From Camelus dromedarius (lineage: Eukaryota), in the NCBI RefSeq assembly GCF_036321535.1, contig NC_087436.1, forward strand, positions 87,856,001-87,920,000: a stretch of DNA of 64,000 nt, given 5' to 3'. How positions within the stretch are numbered: the stretch's first letter is position 1; each line of letters starts with the position of its first letter. Under the pieces are notes generated by a model. That model was not told the origin of the DNA. It did not search any database and saw only the letters and a list, made by a program, of their open reading frames with translations. Below are positions 13,566-27,511 of the stretch, piece by piece. The translations under genes and the position numbers were made by a program.

Positions 13566-15069
13566 TCTGTACGTAGTTCTATTTCACATCTTATCCCAAA
13601 GCTGTCCATTTCTCTCCACCTCCGCTGCTACCACTCTCACCCAGTCCACGACTTCTCCGTCTTGGCCGTCTGGATCTGCTATCACTGTCACCAGTCTTTC
13701 CTCCCCCTCCTCCATCACATTCCATACGCCACACAGCAACCCCAGAGAATTATAATCATCCGATACTTCGCCATCTATTTCTGCCATTAGAATGTAAGCT
13801 TGAGGAGGGTGGGGTCTGTTTTTCATGGCCGTAATTGTTCACCGCTGTATCCCTGGCGTAAAGAAAATGTCAATTCATGCTTGTAAAATCAATTAATGGA
13901 CTAAAGTACAAACTCTCACTGAGACCAGAAGTCAGAGCAAGATACTCAAGTACAAAAAATTAAGATTAGAAAGTGGACTTTGCTTTTCCTTCCAGAATTA
14001 ATGATATGAAGTCCACAAAGTTGCTTCATATAAGAATTTTCTTCTGAAAATTTCCTTAAACATAGAGGATTTTAGGTTACTTTTGGAAAATGTCAGAGAA
14101 GGGAAGAAAATGTGACCTCTGAGTGACCTTGGATCCTAGTACGTTTGTCATATCTTTTCTTTTACATTATAGTTGTATTCCAGCAAAATAAGTTAAAATA
14201 TTAACGTCAGGCGAGTATATCGTATTCTCTCAATGACTGACAAAATTAGTGGTATATTTCCTGGGTGAGGAGGAGGAAATCACTTCTTGAAAGATCCAAG
14301 AGAAAACTCTAGGAAACACATGAGCCTCCTTTTGCATAACTTTATCAGTTTTTGACATAGGTGCTGTGGGCTTATTTAAAATGGAGAATATCTGTATAAT
14401 GTAATTTGCCAAGTGAACCTGAGAAATGAAAAACACTGTAATCATTTTTACCGATAACTTCCTTTTTTGGAAACGTACTATTCTTAACTGCCGTGATTAG
14501 AGAGGAAAAGGACGCACACACATCAAGGCAGTCATTTCTGAAACAGGATTCAGGAAAGGACAGTTTTGTGATGCAAGCGCAATTTTGGAATGACTATTGT
14601 TAAGGAAGAAAAAAATGTTCTCTGGGTAGTCAAAATGATTCACATGATTTAAAAGTCTTAGCTTCCTTGGGAGGGACAATTTTTCTCTAATTATATATAT
14701 ATATATACACACACACATATATACACACATACACACACACATATTTACATACAAACATATACATACACAAAGTAATGCCCAAAAGTACATGACATCACTG
14801 TCAACCTAAAAGCAAAACTTTGAGATCATGAAAAGAAAAGGCTTATCCATTGACGAGGGCAGACTTCTGTGACATACAGAGAGTGAAATCCTACTCTGCA
14901 GTGAGAAGGTAGTAACTGCAAGCCATCCATAGTGTCATTGAGCACCGCCCCCCCGTACACAGAGCAGTGTCCTCAAGTGTTACAGCAAGTTATAAATAAC
15001 AGAAATACACATCTTGGTGTCACAGGGACCTTGTTGTTCCTGCCCAAGTGCCAACATCAGATTGAGGGC

Positions 15070-15300
15070 CATTAAACTGTATTAGAACCAATAGCCAAGG
15101 AAGAAATTGAAAACATTTTCAGAGAATTGCCTGTATAAATGGGCTTTAACACCAAGCAGTCATATCATACTGCCCATATTTTCACACTTCCAAAGAACGA
15201 TTAACTCCGTGCAATATAAATTGCTCCAGAATATAAAGAAAGAACTACCCAATGTATTTTATGAAGCTAACATAACAAATAGCAAACTCTGATATGACCA
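15070..15300 (+). mobile_element. Old L1 ORF2 fragment
   Basis: Translation KLLQNIKKELPNVFYEANIT resembles the L1 ORF2 motif LPNSFYEASIT. Confidence 0.7.
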
Positions 15301-16604
15301 GCACAAAATATATATGTATGAAAACAACATTTCTTCCTGAGAGCATTTTGGTATTACTTAGCCAAATTAAGTGCGTATGTGTCCTCTGACTCAGAAATTA
15401 ACTGCTGAGCATATATCCTGGGGACCATTCCCACCCAGCACCATGAGGGGGACCTACATGGCGGGTCACTGCAGCATGGAGATGGCTGCTGAGAGTTGGA
15501 GTCTTGGTCGCGCATCGCTGGGAGAGTGAACCAGTAAAAGGTGCAGGTGTACCATGGAGAAATTTGCAGCAGGTAGAAATGACAGAGTTGCACATACTTA
15601 CAGCAGCATGGATTGATCTTAAAAACGTGGTGCTCAGTGAAAACGGCAGGAAACAGGACAATACAATATCAAGCAAATGAAAAATATATTGCACAAAGCA
15701 ACAACATACATTATTCAAAAACACATTCAAAAAGAAATAAATCCACACATTAAAAGCGCTGCTTGTTGGAGATGATAGGATTGGGATATAAGACAAAGAG
15801 GACGCATAAACATAGGGCCACATCTTTCTTTTTTTTAAACTTTATATACTTGCATAAAAATAAGTTTTTGCAAAAAAAAAACATACTTAGTTTTTCATCA
15901 TTTATGTGGGTTTTTTGTTGTTTTTTTTTGTTTTGTTTTGTTTTGTTTTGGTACAATCTCAGGTTTGCAAAGTCCTTTACTTAACTAAGCAGAACAGAAT
16001 CATGATTTCAGGCCCAGCACACTTAGCTTAGCTGAAATCATTTACTCAGAGTCCTCAGTCAGAGATTTGATACAAATGCAATGGATTTGGGATCATCAGT
16101 CAAGGAATAAAAACTTGGAAGATGTAAACCAATACAAAGCACATTCCAAGAAGAATTCTGCTATGTCAGTGGAGAACCCACTGATATATGAGTTTAGTGT
16201 ATTATGTAAGTCCTGGGCCTCTTTTCAGTATTACCTTTGCCCAAGTTTTACCATATTTACTTACAGCAATTAATTGCCTGATTTAGATAAATGAATACTG
16301 TAATACATACCTGGATTTCAATCTCTTTGCTTCCTGATCAGAATAAATACACTTGCACAATATTGTATTTTTTATTGCTTTAGCAACCACCATTACCTAA
16401 GCTGGGCAAGGCAAGAAGTGAGCACACAAATGGAGTAAAGTTCAATGAAACTATGCATATTAGCTTCCTAAAACTGCTGCAACAAAGTACCACAAACTGA
16501 GTTGCTATTCTCTCACAGTTCTGGAGGCTAGAAGTCCAAAATCAAGGTGTCAGCAAGGCCATGCTCTCTCTGACACCTGTGGCGAAGAACCCTCTCTTAC
16601 AGGG

Positions 16605-16862
16605 CCACATTCTGATTTCCAGAGGCCCTGGGTCCTTCTACATTTGTGCATCCTCTCATCCGAAAAAAAAAATTAAAAATCATATTTTACAACTGTGTTG
16701 GAATAAAGATTATATTAATATTATGTACAAAAACATCTTCTTTGATCTGAAAGCACATTTTTAATTCTGCTTTAAAAGAAATTAAAACATTTTTGTGGAC
16801 CCCCTCTAAGTATTTTGAGCCCTAAAGCACCATGCTTACTGAGCCCAGTGATAAATCAGCTC
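16605..16862 (-). mobile_element. Non-autonomous hAT-Tip100 element (ORSL-like), adjoining an MLT1 fragment at ~16455-16600
   Basis: aaagaaattaaaacatttttgtggacccc...gccctaaagcaccatgcttactgagccc...ataaatcagcctct resembles an antisense ORSL-type end. Confidence 0.5.
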
Positions 16863-17861
16863 TAGATAAAGGAAGGAATGGATGAGCGAGGGGCCTGGAA
16901 TGAACCAGAAACAATCATGTGCTCAGGACCAAGAAGAATGATTCATTTTGTCCCCTGCATCTGAGGTCCAAAAACTCTTCCAAATAAAGTAATTCCGTAG
17001 GTGTGCTGGAGAACTCTGGTGCTCTGGGATATTAATAAGACTTAAAGAAAAAGAAAGGTTCCCTCCCCTACAATTGCTCCATTTGGGAGATGATGAGTTA
17101 AGCAAAGTTAAGCAGATTTTATCATATGATCAGTGAGAACCTTTACTATATACTATAATGTAAATTGTGAATTTCCAAGGGAGTAGGCAGGGAAGTTGGT
17201 TGGTGGAATTTTCCGAAGCAGCTGAAAATGCAGTGAACCATTCTGTTGTCAGAATCCCTCTGCTGTGACGGTGAGAACATTGAGAGCTGAGGACGCCCCA
17301 GGAAGCATGGCCCAGGCCAGTCCCCGTCCCTGGTTCAGGCAGGTGGATTCACTCACAGGAGCCCGAGCCCAGTCCTCCGTCTGCCCTGGCTGGTCTGTCT
17401 CGCCCTCCCCAACAGAGCTGGGCTCCCACCAGCAGGCAGGGGGAGGGTGTGGTTCCATGTTGCCAGAACACTCCCTGGGCAGCACTGTGGTCATGCTGGG
17501 CATGAGGGCTAAGCTGCGATGTTGCTTGATTTGTAACCTCAGAAGATTTGGACATGCGGTGAGCTGACTTTGGTTTCTCTACTGCTTTGGGGCCCTCGAA
17601 TATTAGAGGCAGTCCTGGCCTGATGGTTATTCTAAGATGTCCCTATCGGGCCATGTCAAAACCGGCCTTGCATAAACAAAATCGCTGTCAGTCAGACTCC
17701 CAAGACCCCTCTTCTGGATGCCAGTCAGCCCCCGAGGTGCCTAGGCAGGCCAGGGTATCCACTGCCTCTCAGGCTCAGCACCAGCACAGGGTGTGAGTTC
17801 TGGTTCCTCCAGCCCAGAATTTCCTTTCTTCTCTGTCCCAGCCCAAGCCCCGCTTTCAGGG

Positions 17862-17863
<2 letters not shown>

Positions 17864-17910
<47 letters not shown>

Positions 17911-17985
17911 TATATACACACAGAGAGACACACACCCACACACATACACATGTGCACACAGACACACACAGGCACATGCACACAT
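17864..17985. repeat. (CA)n microsatellite with degenerate extension
   Basis: About 21 perfect CA units followed by imperfect CA-rich sequence. Confidence 0.95.
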
Positions 17986-20897
17986 CCAGGGACACAGCCA
18001 GATAACGGTTTTGAATCCAATCTTTAGGAAAACCCAAGGTCTTGCTGAGTCATGACATTCTAGAGTTCCCAGCAGGGAACCAGAATCTCCCTAAATACTC
18101 TTACCGGGGGCACTGTGCTGGTTCTTCTCCATTTGCCCCTCAACTCTGCTCTCTGCCCCTTTCTGCTGCGTCCGGTGTCCCGGCAGGCTGACTCCGAGGG
18201 CCTTCCACATTGGGCTTCCTAGTCCAGGCCTGCAGCTCTGGGACGAATTCACACGGGGGATGAGAGGGGAGAGGGCGCTCAAACGTCAGCCACCCCGTGG
18301 AGGGCTCCCTGGAGCGCGGCTTTTCCAGCGGAGTGTTTTGATACTGTACTCAGGAAAGCACGGAACTGAGGATTGTTTCTGTGTAACAAGGTGACTTCAG
18401 GGACAACTGGTCTCCTACCCCTACCTATCCTGACGAAGAGACGGAATCATCTAAACTGAGCTTGGAACAGTTCAACCTGGATTGGGCTCTTGATATTAAA
18501 TACACGGTTTGGGGACTGAATAACCCAGCTTTTAGGAAATGTAGTAACATCAGATATGACTGTGCTGCTGGGGCCACGGGGCCAGACCATTCTCTCCTGT
18601 ATCCTTTCCCAGGACGGAAGGAACGTTTCCAGTTCTCAGTCTTTCAGGCAATGGGTGAATTGTCTAAGGCAAGTAGGCCACAGACAAAAGTGAGGAACAA
18701 GCTCCTTTTTCTTTCTAGGGATGGAAGACATTTGGCACAAACCCTGAAGCATTTAGAATTTTCCAGCAGGAAGTGAGCTGCCCCAGCCTGGAAGAGACCT
18801 GGGGTTAAGTCAGGACTGAGGCTTTTCAGAGAACCTGAGAGCTGACCTGATCTTTCTCTGCTGGTTCTGAACCTCCCTTTCATTGCTATCGGATCTTCAG
18901 GAAACTATCCTTAAAACAAAGGTATAGGGACTGAAGGGACAGGAGTGCAGGCAGTGTCCCCTTCACCTATGCACAGACCCTTGGCCAACAGGGAAGGGTC
19001 CCACGAGGGTCATCCACGGATGACGTCCCTGCTGGAGGAACAGGAGGGAACACATGATGCACATCCTGGGGGTGGCTTAGAGATCACTAAGGCACAGCCC
19101 GAGAGGGACAAGTTACAGGCAGGCTAGATCAATTCAGGTAACTGAAAGAGAAAGGGACACTAGCTATACCCAGTCTTGAGTTACTCATTCAATTTTAGGA
19201 ACTGAACTTCAAAAACAGCACTGTAAATCATGGATGATGGCCTTTCATCCATATGAACATTGGATGTTCATATCGTGCGGTTCTAAAATAGGTGGGTGGG
19301 CACTTAAACATTCTGTTCCTATATTTGAAAAATGGGACTATTTTATACTCCTCAAAACTAACCTGACTCGAAGCTATAAAAAGAAAACAATTCTTTCCAA
19401 AATTACCTACCTAAATCTCTCATGCTCCAGAGACACTAAAATAATCAAATGGGATTGTACGGTATTTGATCGATGATCTTTGCTCACAATGTTCCTTTCA
19501 AAGTGCTTTCAGGCCTGCTCCTAATAACAGTCATGAATCACATAACCACACAGAAGACTGGGCAAGGGGTAATTATATCAGGTAATAAAAGTAAGAAATA
19601 GCCAGCCATTAGAACTGGGAAGCTATTTTTGTACAAAGTACAAACCATGGGATCCGTGTGACATATTCAGGATGAGCCATCTATGTATTAGCAACAGAAG
19701 TAGGTAAATCTGATCCCAAAGTCAATGTCTCTACTACAGGAAGCCAAGGAGGACTTCTGTTCAAAGCCAGCCCTGCTGTGGGACGTGGCCCAGGGACAAA
19801 CACATCATGCACAGCAATTGACTGGGTGTCTGGATGGGACAAGTCACTTTGCTTCTCTGGGATTCAGTTTCAATTGCAGGAGATGGAGCCGGACTAAATA
19901 CTCTCTAAGTTCCTTTTTAGCTCCAAATTTTTCTTTAAAATGGATACGGAATTCATTCAATTCTTGGGAGCTAAAGAAACCAACCTGGAAACTGTTGTTA
20001 AACATAAGCTTATGGTCAGTGGTTCTGATGCCCAGTGTCTGTCAAAGCTTGTTAGACATAGTCCTGGAAATTTAGATCCTGTGGTTCCAAAGTGGGCACC
20101 AGGTGGTGGAATATTTCACAAGTTTCCGGAATGATTCCAATATGCTCTGAAATTTGAGAACTGCTTGTTCTGCTAAATCATCAGGCATGATGACTACTTT
20201 TTGGAAGGAGATGAAAAGAGAAGCCATGTTTACTGAGAACTTGCTCTATGCTAATACTGAACCTCATTTAATCATCGTAACAGTCTTTGGTTCAGAAAAA
20301 AAAGGAAATTTTTCCTTAGGAGAAGAAATCAATCCAAGTTGCAAGAAAGGCAATGAAGAATTCTAGATCATTCCTATAAATTAATACCCCTTGTTGACTT
20401 TTGCCCAGTCAAATGATTAAGCTAATGGCATTCATTTCTTTGTATATTTGCTTTCTTCTTTTGAAATAGGGTGATAAGTAAAAGGAAGTAAATTTCATAA
20501 ATTCAACATAATTATATACATGTATCAACTTTATAAGTAAGCTAATTAAAACAGCAAAAAAACACAAGAATTAAGATTCTCCTTGAGTAAAACTTGTCAA
20601 GCCATAATTTAATTGTACATTTCATTTTGTGTATGCTAGCCAACACTGCAAAGATTTACTCAGCTGCGAGAGAAAATTAAGCACTCGTACCTCACACTTC
20701 ACACGTAATCTCTCTATATAATGATGTTTGTGTTTTTCCCCTTCAATGTGCCAACTGCAGGGGAAGACTAATAAAAAGTTTAAAATTCCAGGTTGCTAGG
20801 ACACATCCATTTCTTCTGAAGTACAAATCTCCATTCTAGCTCATGCTGGAAGAAATTATCATTACTAAGAAATCTTTAGAAATACAGTCAGTTCTCA

Positions 20898-21056
20898 GGG
20901 GTGGGGGATATAGCTCAATGGTAGAATGTGTGCTTGGCGTGCACAAGGTCCTGGATTCAATCCCCAGTGCCTCCATTAAGGGGAAAAATAAAAAATAATA
21001 ATAAATAAATAAAAGAAAAATAAATATATGTAAAATAAGAGAAAAAATTAAAAACA
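20898..21056 (+). mobile_element. tRNA-Ala-derived SINE with perfect 20-bp TSD
   Basis: TSD agaaatacagtcagttctca at 20878-20897 and 21057-21076; long A-rich tail. Confidence 0.95.
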
Positions 21057-22459
21057 AGAAATACAGTCAGTTCTCAAAGTGCTTTTCTCAGAATCTTTAT
21101 TCAAATAGCACCGCTCTGGAAAAGCTCCAGTTTCTTTATTCTTAGGAACTTGGGACAGTGCTCTGACAGACAGTTCTGTGAGTTAGCATCTGGGAAGGCA
21201 TTTACAGCCCACTGGTAGTTCAACCACCACAGGAGATAAATTTATAAATATTTTGAAATTTCAGAGTAAAAATAGAATTTGACCCTTGCAGACAGACCCA
21301 TGTTTGTTAGTAGAGTGGGGAATTAGAATCACTTTCCTGGGACCACATTACTGTGCTGTTTCTCGTCCTGACATTTCTTGACTGCAACAGCTGGCACTGA
21401 ACTGCTGGAAGGAGCTGGGCTTGTGAGCGCTTTCATCCCCAGCTGTGCAGGGAGTACCTGGGAGTACCCTGTAGTACCTTGTGCCTCGGAGTACCTTGGA
21501 GTACTTGGGCTACCTCTGCCATTTGGAAGTGTAAGCTCATTCTTGATGACAGGGTTGGGACCATGACACAGATTGGCCAATCATAGTATCCATTTCCCTG
21601 GACATAGCGAGTGATCTAGGGGTGGGCAATGACCCAAGGAGAGCCAGACAGAGACCCTTTTTTAAGTCTGACATATAGATAACAGGAAGGAGAAGGTTGA
21701 AGTTGGGAGGATGTGACATTTAGGCTGCCAGTAGCCATCTTCTCTACCATGACCTGCAGAGAAAGCCTGTCTGCAAAATGAAGTCAGAGATGAGAAATGG
21801 ATGGAGAGAATCAGATGATCCCAGTGGTACCCAGCCCCAGGAACAGGTGCTAGTGCATACAGCTCCCCATCCAGTCCTATGAGATACCCAAGGAATAATC
21901 TGTTATATGAAGCAAAATATCCTCTACTGCTTTTAAGCCAGTTGGGTTGGTTTTACGTCCCTTAGTATTGACAGAGCTTTAAAAAAAAAAAACACTTGGT
22001 TGCCTTTCCCAGGAACTGAGAACTCCCTTGGTTTTCAGCTCTGTCTCCTTGCCCTGGTGCAGCTCACAACTTCCCTCCATGAATTCCTTGAACTTGAATC
22101 ACATTATCATGCATATATCCATCTCTTGAATCATGCAGAAATAGATCACCCTGAAGAAACAATGGCACTGTATTCTGGTTAAAACATTTAGGGACACTGA
22201 TAAAATATACACAGGCTAGCATTGCCAAGCACACACCTCACCCTGTGATGATTTTTATTGTCTATCTGCAGAGGTTGCTAAATCCCAGATATGGGACGAC
22301 AAATGAGGGGCTCCTGTGGTGCCAGCCACTTCTATTTCAGCTTGGAAACTATCCTCATGGAATTTCAGCATTATCACCTGGTTTCACTCAGGATAGCACA
22401 CTCTGTATACACTTTTATAAAATGTGTATTGACTACAGACTTCCCATGTGTGTTTACAC

Positions 22460-22680
22460 CAGAGCTTCTCAACTGTGGCTCCACTCACCTTTTGGACTGG
22501 ATGACTCTTTTGGGAGCTGTTGGAATTTATTTGGGAGTTTGAGGAGCTGTCCTGTGCATTGTAGGATGGCTAGCTGGCCTCCACCCACTAGGTGCCAGAG
22601 CATCCTCCAATCACAAGTGTGCTCAGTCATTGCCACGTATTCCCTGGGGGACAAAATGGCCTCCAGTTGAGAAACACTGG
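22460..22680. mobile_element. MER20 hAT-Charlie element
   Basis: cagagcttctcaac...ctgtcctgtgcattgtaggatg...cattgcca...ccagttgagaaacactg. Confidence 0.8.
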
Positions 22681-23096
22681 TTTAGACAGATCACCAGATT
22701 TGGACATTTGATCTTTGCAAGATATTTTTGTCTTCCATCATTATCTTCAAAAACCACGTGCTAGTTCACCATTTATATATCTTGAGACTCCCAAATAATT
22801 GAGAACATTTCACTAGCAACAGCTGCATTGGGGCCATTATTTCAGGTAAGTTTCTGTAATTCATTTACACACACATACACACAAACACATATGCACGGGC
22901 ATCTTTCTGAGCCTTCACTTTCCTGGGTCCTCTGATTGGACTAATCCGTATTTCATAATTGCCTCAGTCACAGTAACTGTAGCCTGTAACAAAGACTTCA
23001 GTCAAGGTCTGAGTCCAGCGCCCAGTTGTTTTCCGGATCTGGTCCTGCCTGCCCCAGTGCTGAAGACAGCTCTCCACATGAGCTAGTTCTCCACTG

Positions 23097-23293
23097 ATGT
23101 TGCCAGACTGAGCAAATAAAAATGCAGGACACCTAGTTCAACTTGAATTTCAGATAAATAATGAATACCACTTTTGTATGAGTATGTCCCAAATAGTGCT
23201 ACCCATCTTACAATGCACAAGACAGCCCCACCAGCGAAGAATTACACAGTCTGTATATTGCATGAGATGTACCTGCATTTTATCTGGCCACCT
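23097..23293. mobile_element. MER53-like MITE, with a MER20-like internal piece
   Basis: gttgccaga...gcaaataaaaatgcaggacac...tgaatttcagataaa, with inverted end tttatctggccacc. Confidence 0.65.
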
Positions 23294-24370
23294 CGTATCT
23301 CTACTACGCTGCCTTGAATCCTGCTAATTTGTGTCATTGTCACTAGTTTTTCCTAACCACTGCTTAGGACCACAAGGACATTCCCTTATCCAGAGTTGCC
23401 CTTGTGGGCGGTGTGCTTGTCAGATTCTGGGTTACTCAGTGTTTCAGCCAGGGTCCAACCAGGAAGCCAGAAACCAACTAGAATTGTAATCTAGGGAATT
23501 GGTTACACAGATGACATAAGAGGCTTGAAAAACAGTAACTCACAGATCAGCAAAAGCATAACATTTGTCCCCATCCCTAGGCTGGAGGGACAAAAGGAGG
23601 AGATCAAGTTACCAGAGCTCAGGCTTGGGGTCACCTGGCAGAAACTGGAACCTGAAAACAAGCTGACCCAGCAGCAGCAGGAGGCAAGAAGAGATACTGC
23701 CCCTGTGTCCACCCAAAGAGCAGAGCAGAGGGAGAGATACCCTGGCTCCTCCCACCAGCCAGTTTCCTATCAGCGCTTCCCAACCGCCAAACCCAGCCAG
23801 CAACCAGCTAACATGGGACCTGGGGATGACACCTAGTCTACAGCAGTCTGAGTCCCCTGACACTGGTCCTCAGGGTCCTGTCTCGCCTCGTCAAGGGTGG
23901 GCTGTCTTCTAGCTGCATGGAGCCCAGGAGAGGTCAAATCTTCCCATTGTTGGAATTCAGGTGAAATGTTGGTAGACACTGCCTCACTCACCAGTGCCTA
24001 CTCCAAATCTATTAGTGAGAAATTTTGAACTGTTGGGCTTATTCTTTTAATCCTGATTGTATGCATCAGTTTTCCCAGATGAGTCACACTTTCACTATTG
24101 TAAGTCCCATTCTCTCCAGTTCTGCGCTTCCTGTTTGTTAGTCCCTAGAGCTGCTTACAAATGCCATGGCTCCTGCTTGCAGGCAATTGGTGGCTTTGTG
24201 CACCCTGCCTCCTTGGAGATCATGTGACTTGAATTGGCCAATGAAATGTATGCAGAAGCAACATGTGTTGCTTCTAGTTGAAGCTTTACCAGCAGGCACA
24301 TGATTTATCACTTGTCCGTTTTCTGCCCTAGGGACCATGAAAGCATTTGTCAAGATAGAACATCGGTCCT

Positions 24371-24812
24371 GGTATTAGGTTCCTATTGCTTCCATAACAA
24401 ATTACCACAAATCAAGTGTCTTAAAACAATACAAGTTTATCATTTTATAATTTTGGAGGTCAGATTCCAAAATCAGTCCCACTGATTTTGGGCTAAAGTC
24501 AAGGTGTCCTCAGGGCTGGTTCCTTTTAGAGGCTTCAGGGGAGCCTGCACTCTAGCCTGTGGCCCTCCCTCACATCACTCCAACCTCCTCCTGCCATGAT
24601 CACATCTACTACTACCTTTGACCTGCTTGCCTTTCTCTTATAAGGATCTGTGATTACATTAGACCCACTTGATAATCAAAGATCATCTTGCCATCTAAGT
24701 CCTTAACTTAACACATCAGCAAAGCACCTTTTGCTACATAAGGTAATATATTCACAGGTTCTGGGTTTTAGGACATGGACATCTTTGGGGGCCCTTATTC
24801 TGTCCACTACAG
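24371..24812 (-). mobile_element. MLT1 LTR, apparently nested within an older MLT1-like LTR (~24130-24950)
   Basis: gtattaggttcctattgcttccataacaaattaccacaaa...tcacaggttctgggttttaggacatggacatctttggggg...ccactaca. Confidence 0.8.
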
Positions 24813-27061
24813 TCCCTGAGAGACTTCAGTGAGCAGAGCCCCACCTGCCAAGCTGCATTAGACATGTAAATGAGTAAAAAATAAAATTTTATGGCATTGA
24901 GTCACTAAGATTTAGGGGGCTGACTGTTACTGACACACAATTTAGTCCACATTTACATCCTGTTTCTTTTCTGTCTGTCTATATTTTGAAATATTTAAAA
25001 ATAACTTAAAGTATTAAATATGACCATTTTCTGCATAAAGTACACTTTAAAAACAGTGTAGCATAAATAATCAATTTAGGAGAACTCTAAGGGCTTTTTT
25101 CCTAAACAAAAGTAATTTTAGATCTGTAAAGTAGACCTAAAAGCAAATATTGCATATATTCAATGCCCTAACATGATTCTTTCCTGAATCTGAAAAGTCT
25201 TCACAGACTCCTTTTGTTCCGAAAAACTAACAGGTTAGCAATACTGATTTACTTGGATGTTGAACGAGGTGATAGTAAGGGAGAAAATTAGCAACTTATT
25301 GAAAGATTATTAAACCTAGTCCTATTTTGCCTAGAAGCTGAGGGTGGGTGGGGTTCTGAGAGTTGAAACAGAAAACATTCATGTGAATTTCTAAAGTACA
25401 ACCCTTTCCTTATTTCCTGTACTTATGTCATAGGTCATAAAATGTAGAGTGATCAGTGTCTTACCATCTTGAAGTGCAGAATCCAAGCTGGGCCCCCACC
25501 CACACCTCTGCTTCACAAGTCAGATGAACATCTGGACATATCAGTCTCAGAACAAATCTCTAGTTTCAGCTTTTTGGACACATCCCTCTAATCAGTAAAA
25601 CCTTTTTAGTACATGCTTTCAATATGTTACCCGCCCAGGTGTTATAAGCATTATAACAAATACACAAAAAGGAAAATAAGAAGAGGACATAGAGATGAAA
25701 TAAATACTGATTTTGAATGCCTTGCTAATCACGATGGCATTATACTACATTCGTTAGTATTTCAAGACACAATATGCCCGTAAGTCAGGGTTCCTCAGGA
25801 ATGACAGTAGATGTGAATCAACAGATGTACATCCAATTTGTAAACTATCTTCTTGATAATTTTGAGTATTTGTTTCAGAGTTTTTGTCAGATCTGATTTG
25901 ATCCTCAGTATTTTTACTTTTTAATGCAGATAGTAATGAGTCTGTTCTGGGAGCAAACGTGTCTGCTCCGTCATTTTTGTTGTCCTTTATTTGCTTGCAC
26001 TCACGTTGCTGTTTCCACTTCAGTCCCTGCTTTCTTTACAAGAAATCTTTTCAAGTCATATGTCTATTTTCTGAGAGTTAATTTAATTAAAACCAGTGAC
26101 CATTATCTTAAAACAGTTGTGATAATACAGCTGGGCATAGTAAATACATCCTACTGAGCCCAAAGCAAACAAAGGGGTGAGGAAACCACCACCAACCCCT
26201 GTGTGTCCTGGAACTCCCTCTCTTTGCTCAGGATGGCTGTGTGTGTGACACAACCAGGACACAAGACTACCTGACACTGGGACTAAGCGACAGTGCCGTG
26301 TCAATCCATGTATTTATTATCATATGACTTCTGGGAGGCATGCAGTGTACTTCGTAGCACTCTAATATAAATCACTAAAATGCAAGTTTCTAAGAAGGCT
26401 TTTACAAGAGCAATGAATTCAGGTATGTGGGAGGACACCTGGAGTCTATTCAATTAGCATGGCTATTATAAAACACGTTCCAAAGGAACTGAAGTCCACA
26501 GAGGCTGGATGACTTTCCCCTAATCCCACAGAGAGTTCTTGGCAACTGGGACCAGAAACCAGATCCTCTGAGCCTCAGGCCAACATGCTTCTCATTACAC
26601 CATGAGACTATGAATGAGTAAATTTAGCAGTTTTGTGACTGAATTAAGTCCTTCTGGCTTCCTGTCATCATGGCGCTGTGTGGTGGGGGGTGGAGGGGAG
26701 AGACTTAAGCCAAGAACAAGGAGGACAAACCAAGAGGTGACGCCCCTGGAGATGGGAGGGGATTTTTAGTTCTCTGCAAGATACGAGGGGGGATAACTTA
26801 CCTTTCCACTGTATCTCTGGCCACCAGTTTCTGTTCATCTACTGACAAGGATTTTTATATTGATTAAAGTTCTCCTGAAAAGACTTCTTTTGTGCCTCCC
26901 CTACCAGATATTCGAGGACACTATATCCGATATCACGTTGATTATATTGATATATATTGATTAGATTTAAGAGCAGCCAGCCAGAAAGGTGTCTGGTGCG
27001 GCAATCTATAAGGAATGATGAAATGTCCCTAGAAATGTAATAAGATGACGTTAATTAATAA

Positions 27062-27480
27062 ACGAAAACTTCCCCAACTTGGGAAAGGAAACAGTCCAGG
27101 AAGTGCAGAGTTCCACACAAGATCAACCTAGAGGAACACACCAAGGCACATAGTAATCAAATTGACAAAAATTAAGGATAAGGAGGAAAAATTAAAATCA
27201 GCAAGAGAAAAGCAACAAACAACATACAAGGGAACTCCCATAAAGTTACAGCTGATTTTTCAGCAGAAAATCTACAGGCCAGAAGGGAGTGGCACGATAT
27301 AATTAAAGTAATGAAAGGGAAAAACCAACAACCAAGAATACTCTATCCAGCAAGGCTCTCATTCAGATTTGATGGAGAGATCAAAAGCTTCACAGATAAA
27401 CAAAAGCTAAAAGAATTCACCACTGAACCGGCTTTACAACAAATGTTAAAGGAACTTCTCTAGCCATCAAACCATAAGAA
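27062..27480 (+). mobile_element. L1 ORF1 C-terminal fragment
   Basis: Translates to HIVIKLTKIKDK...ADFSAENLQARREWHDIIKVMKGKNQQPRILYPARLSFRFDGEIKSFTDKQKLKEF...LQQMLKELL*. Confidence 0.92.
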
Positions 27481-27511
27481 AAGAGAACAAAAAGAAGAGA
27501 GAGAGAGAAAG

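Noticed and set aside
16002..16041. 10-bp inverted repeat atgatttcag/ctgaaatcat
   Set aside because: A short AT-rich stem that could arise by chance; no ncRNA features.
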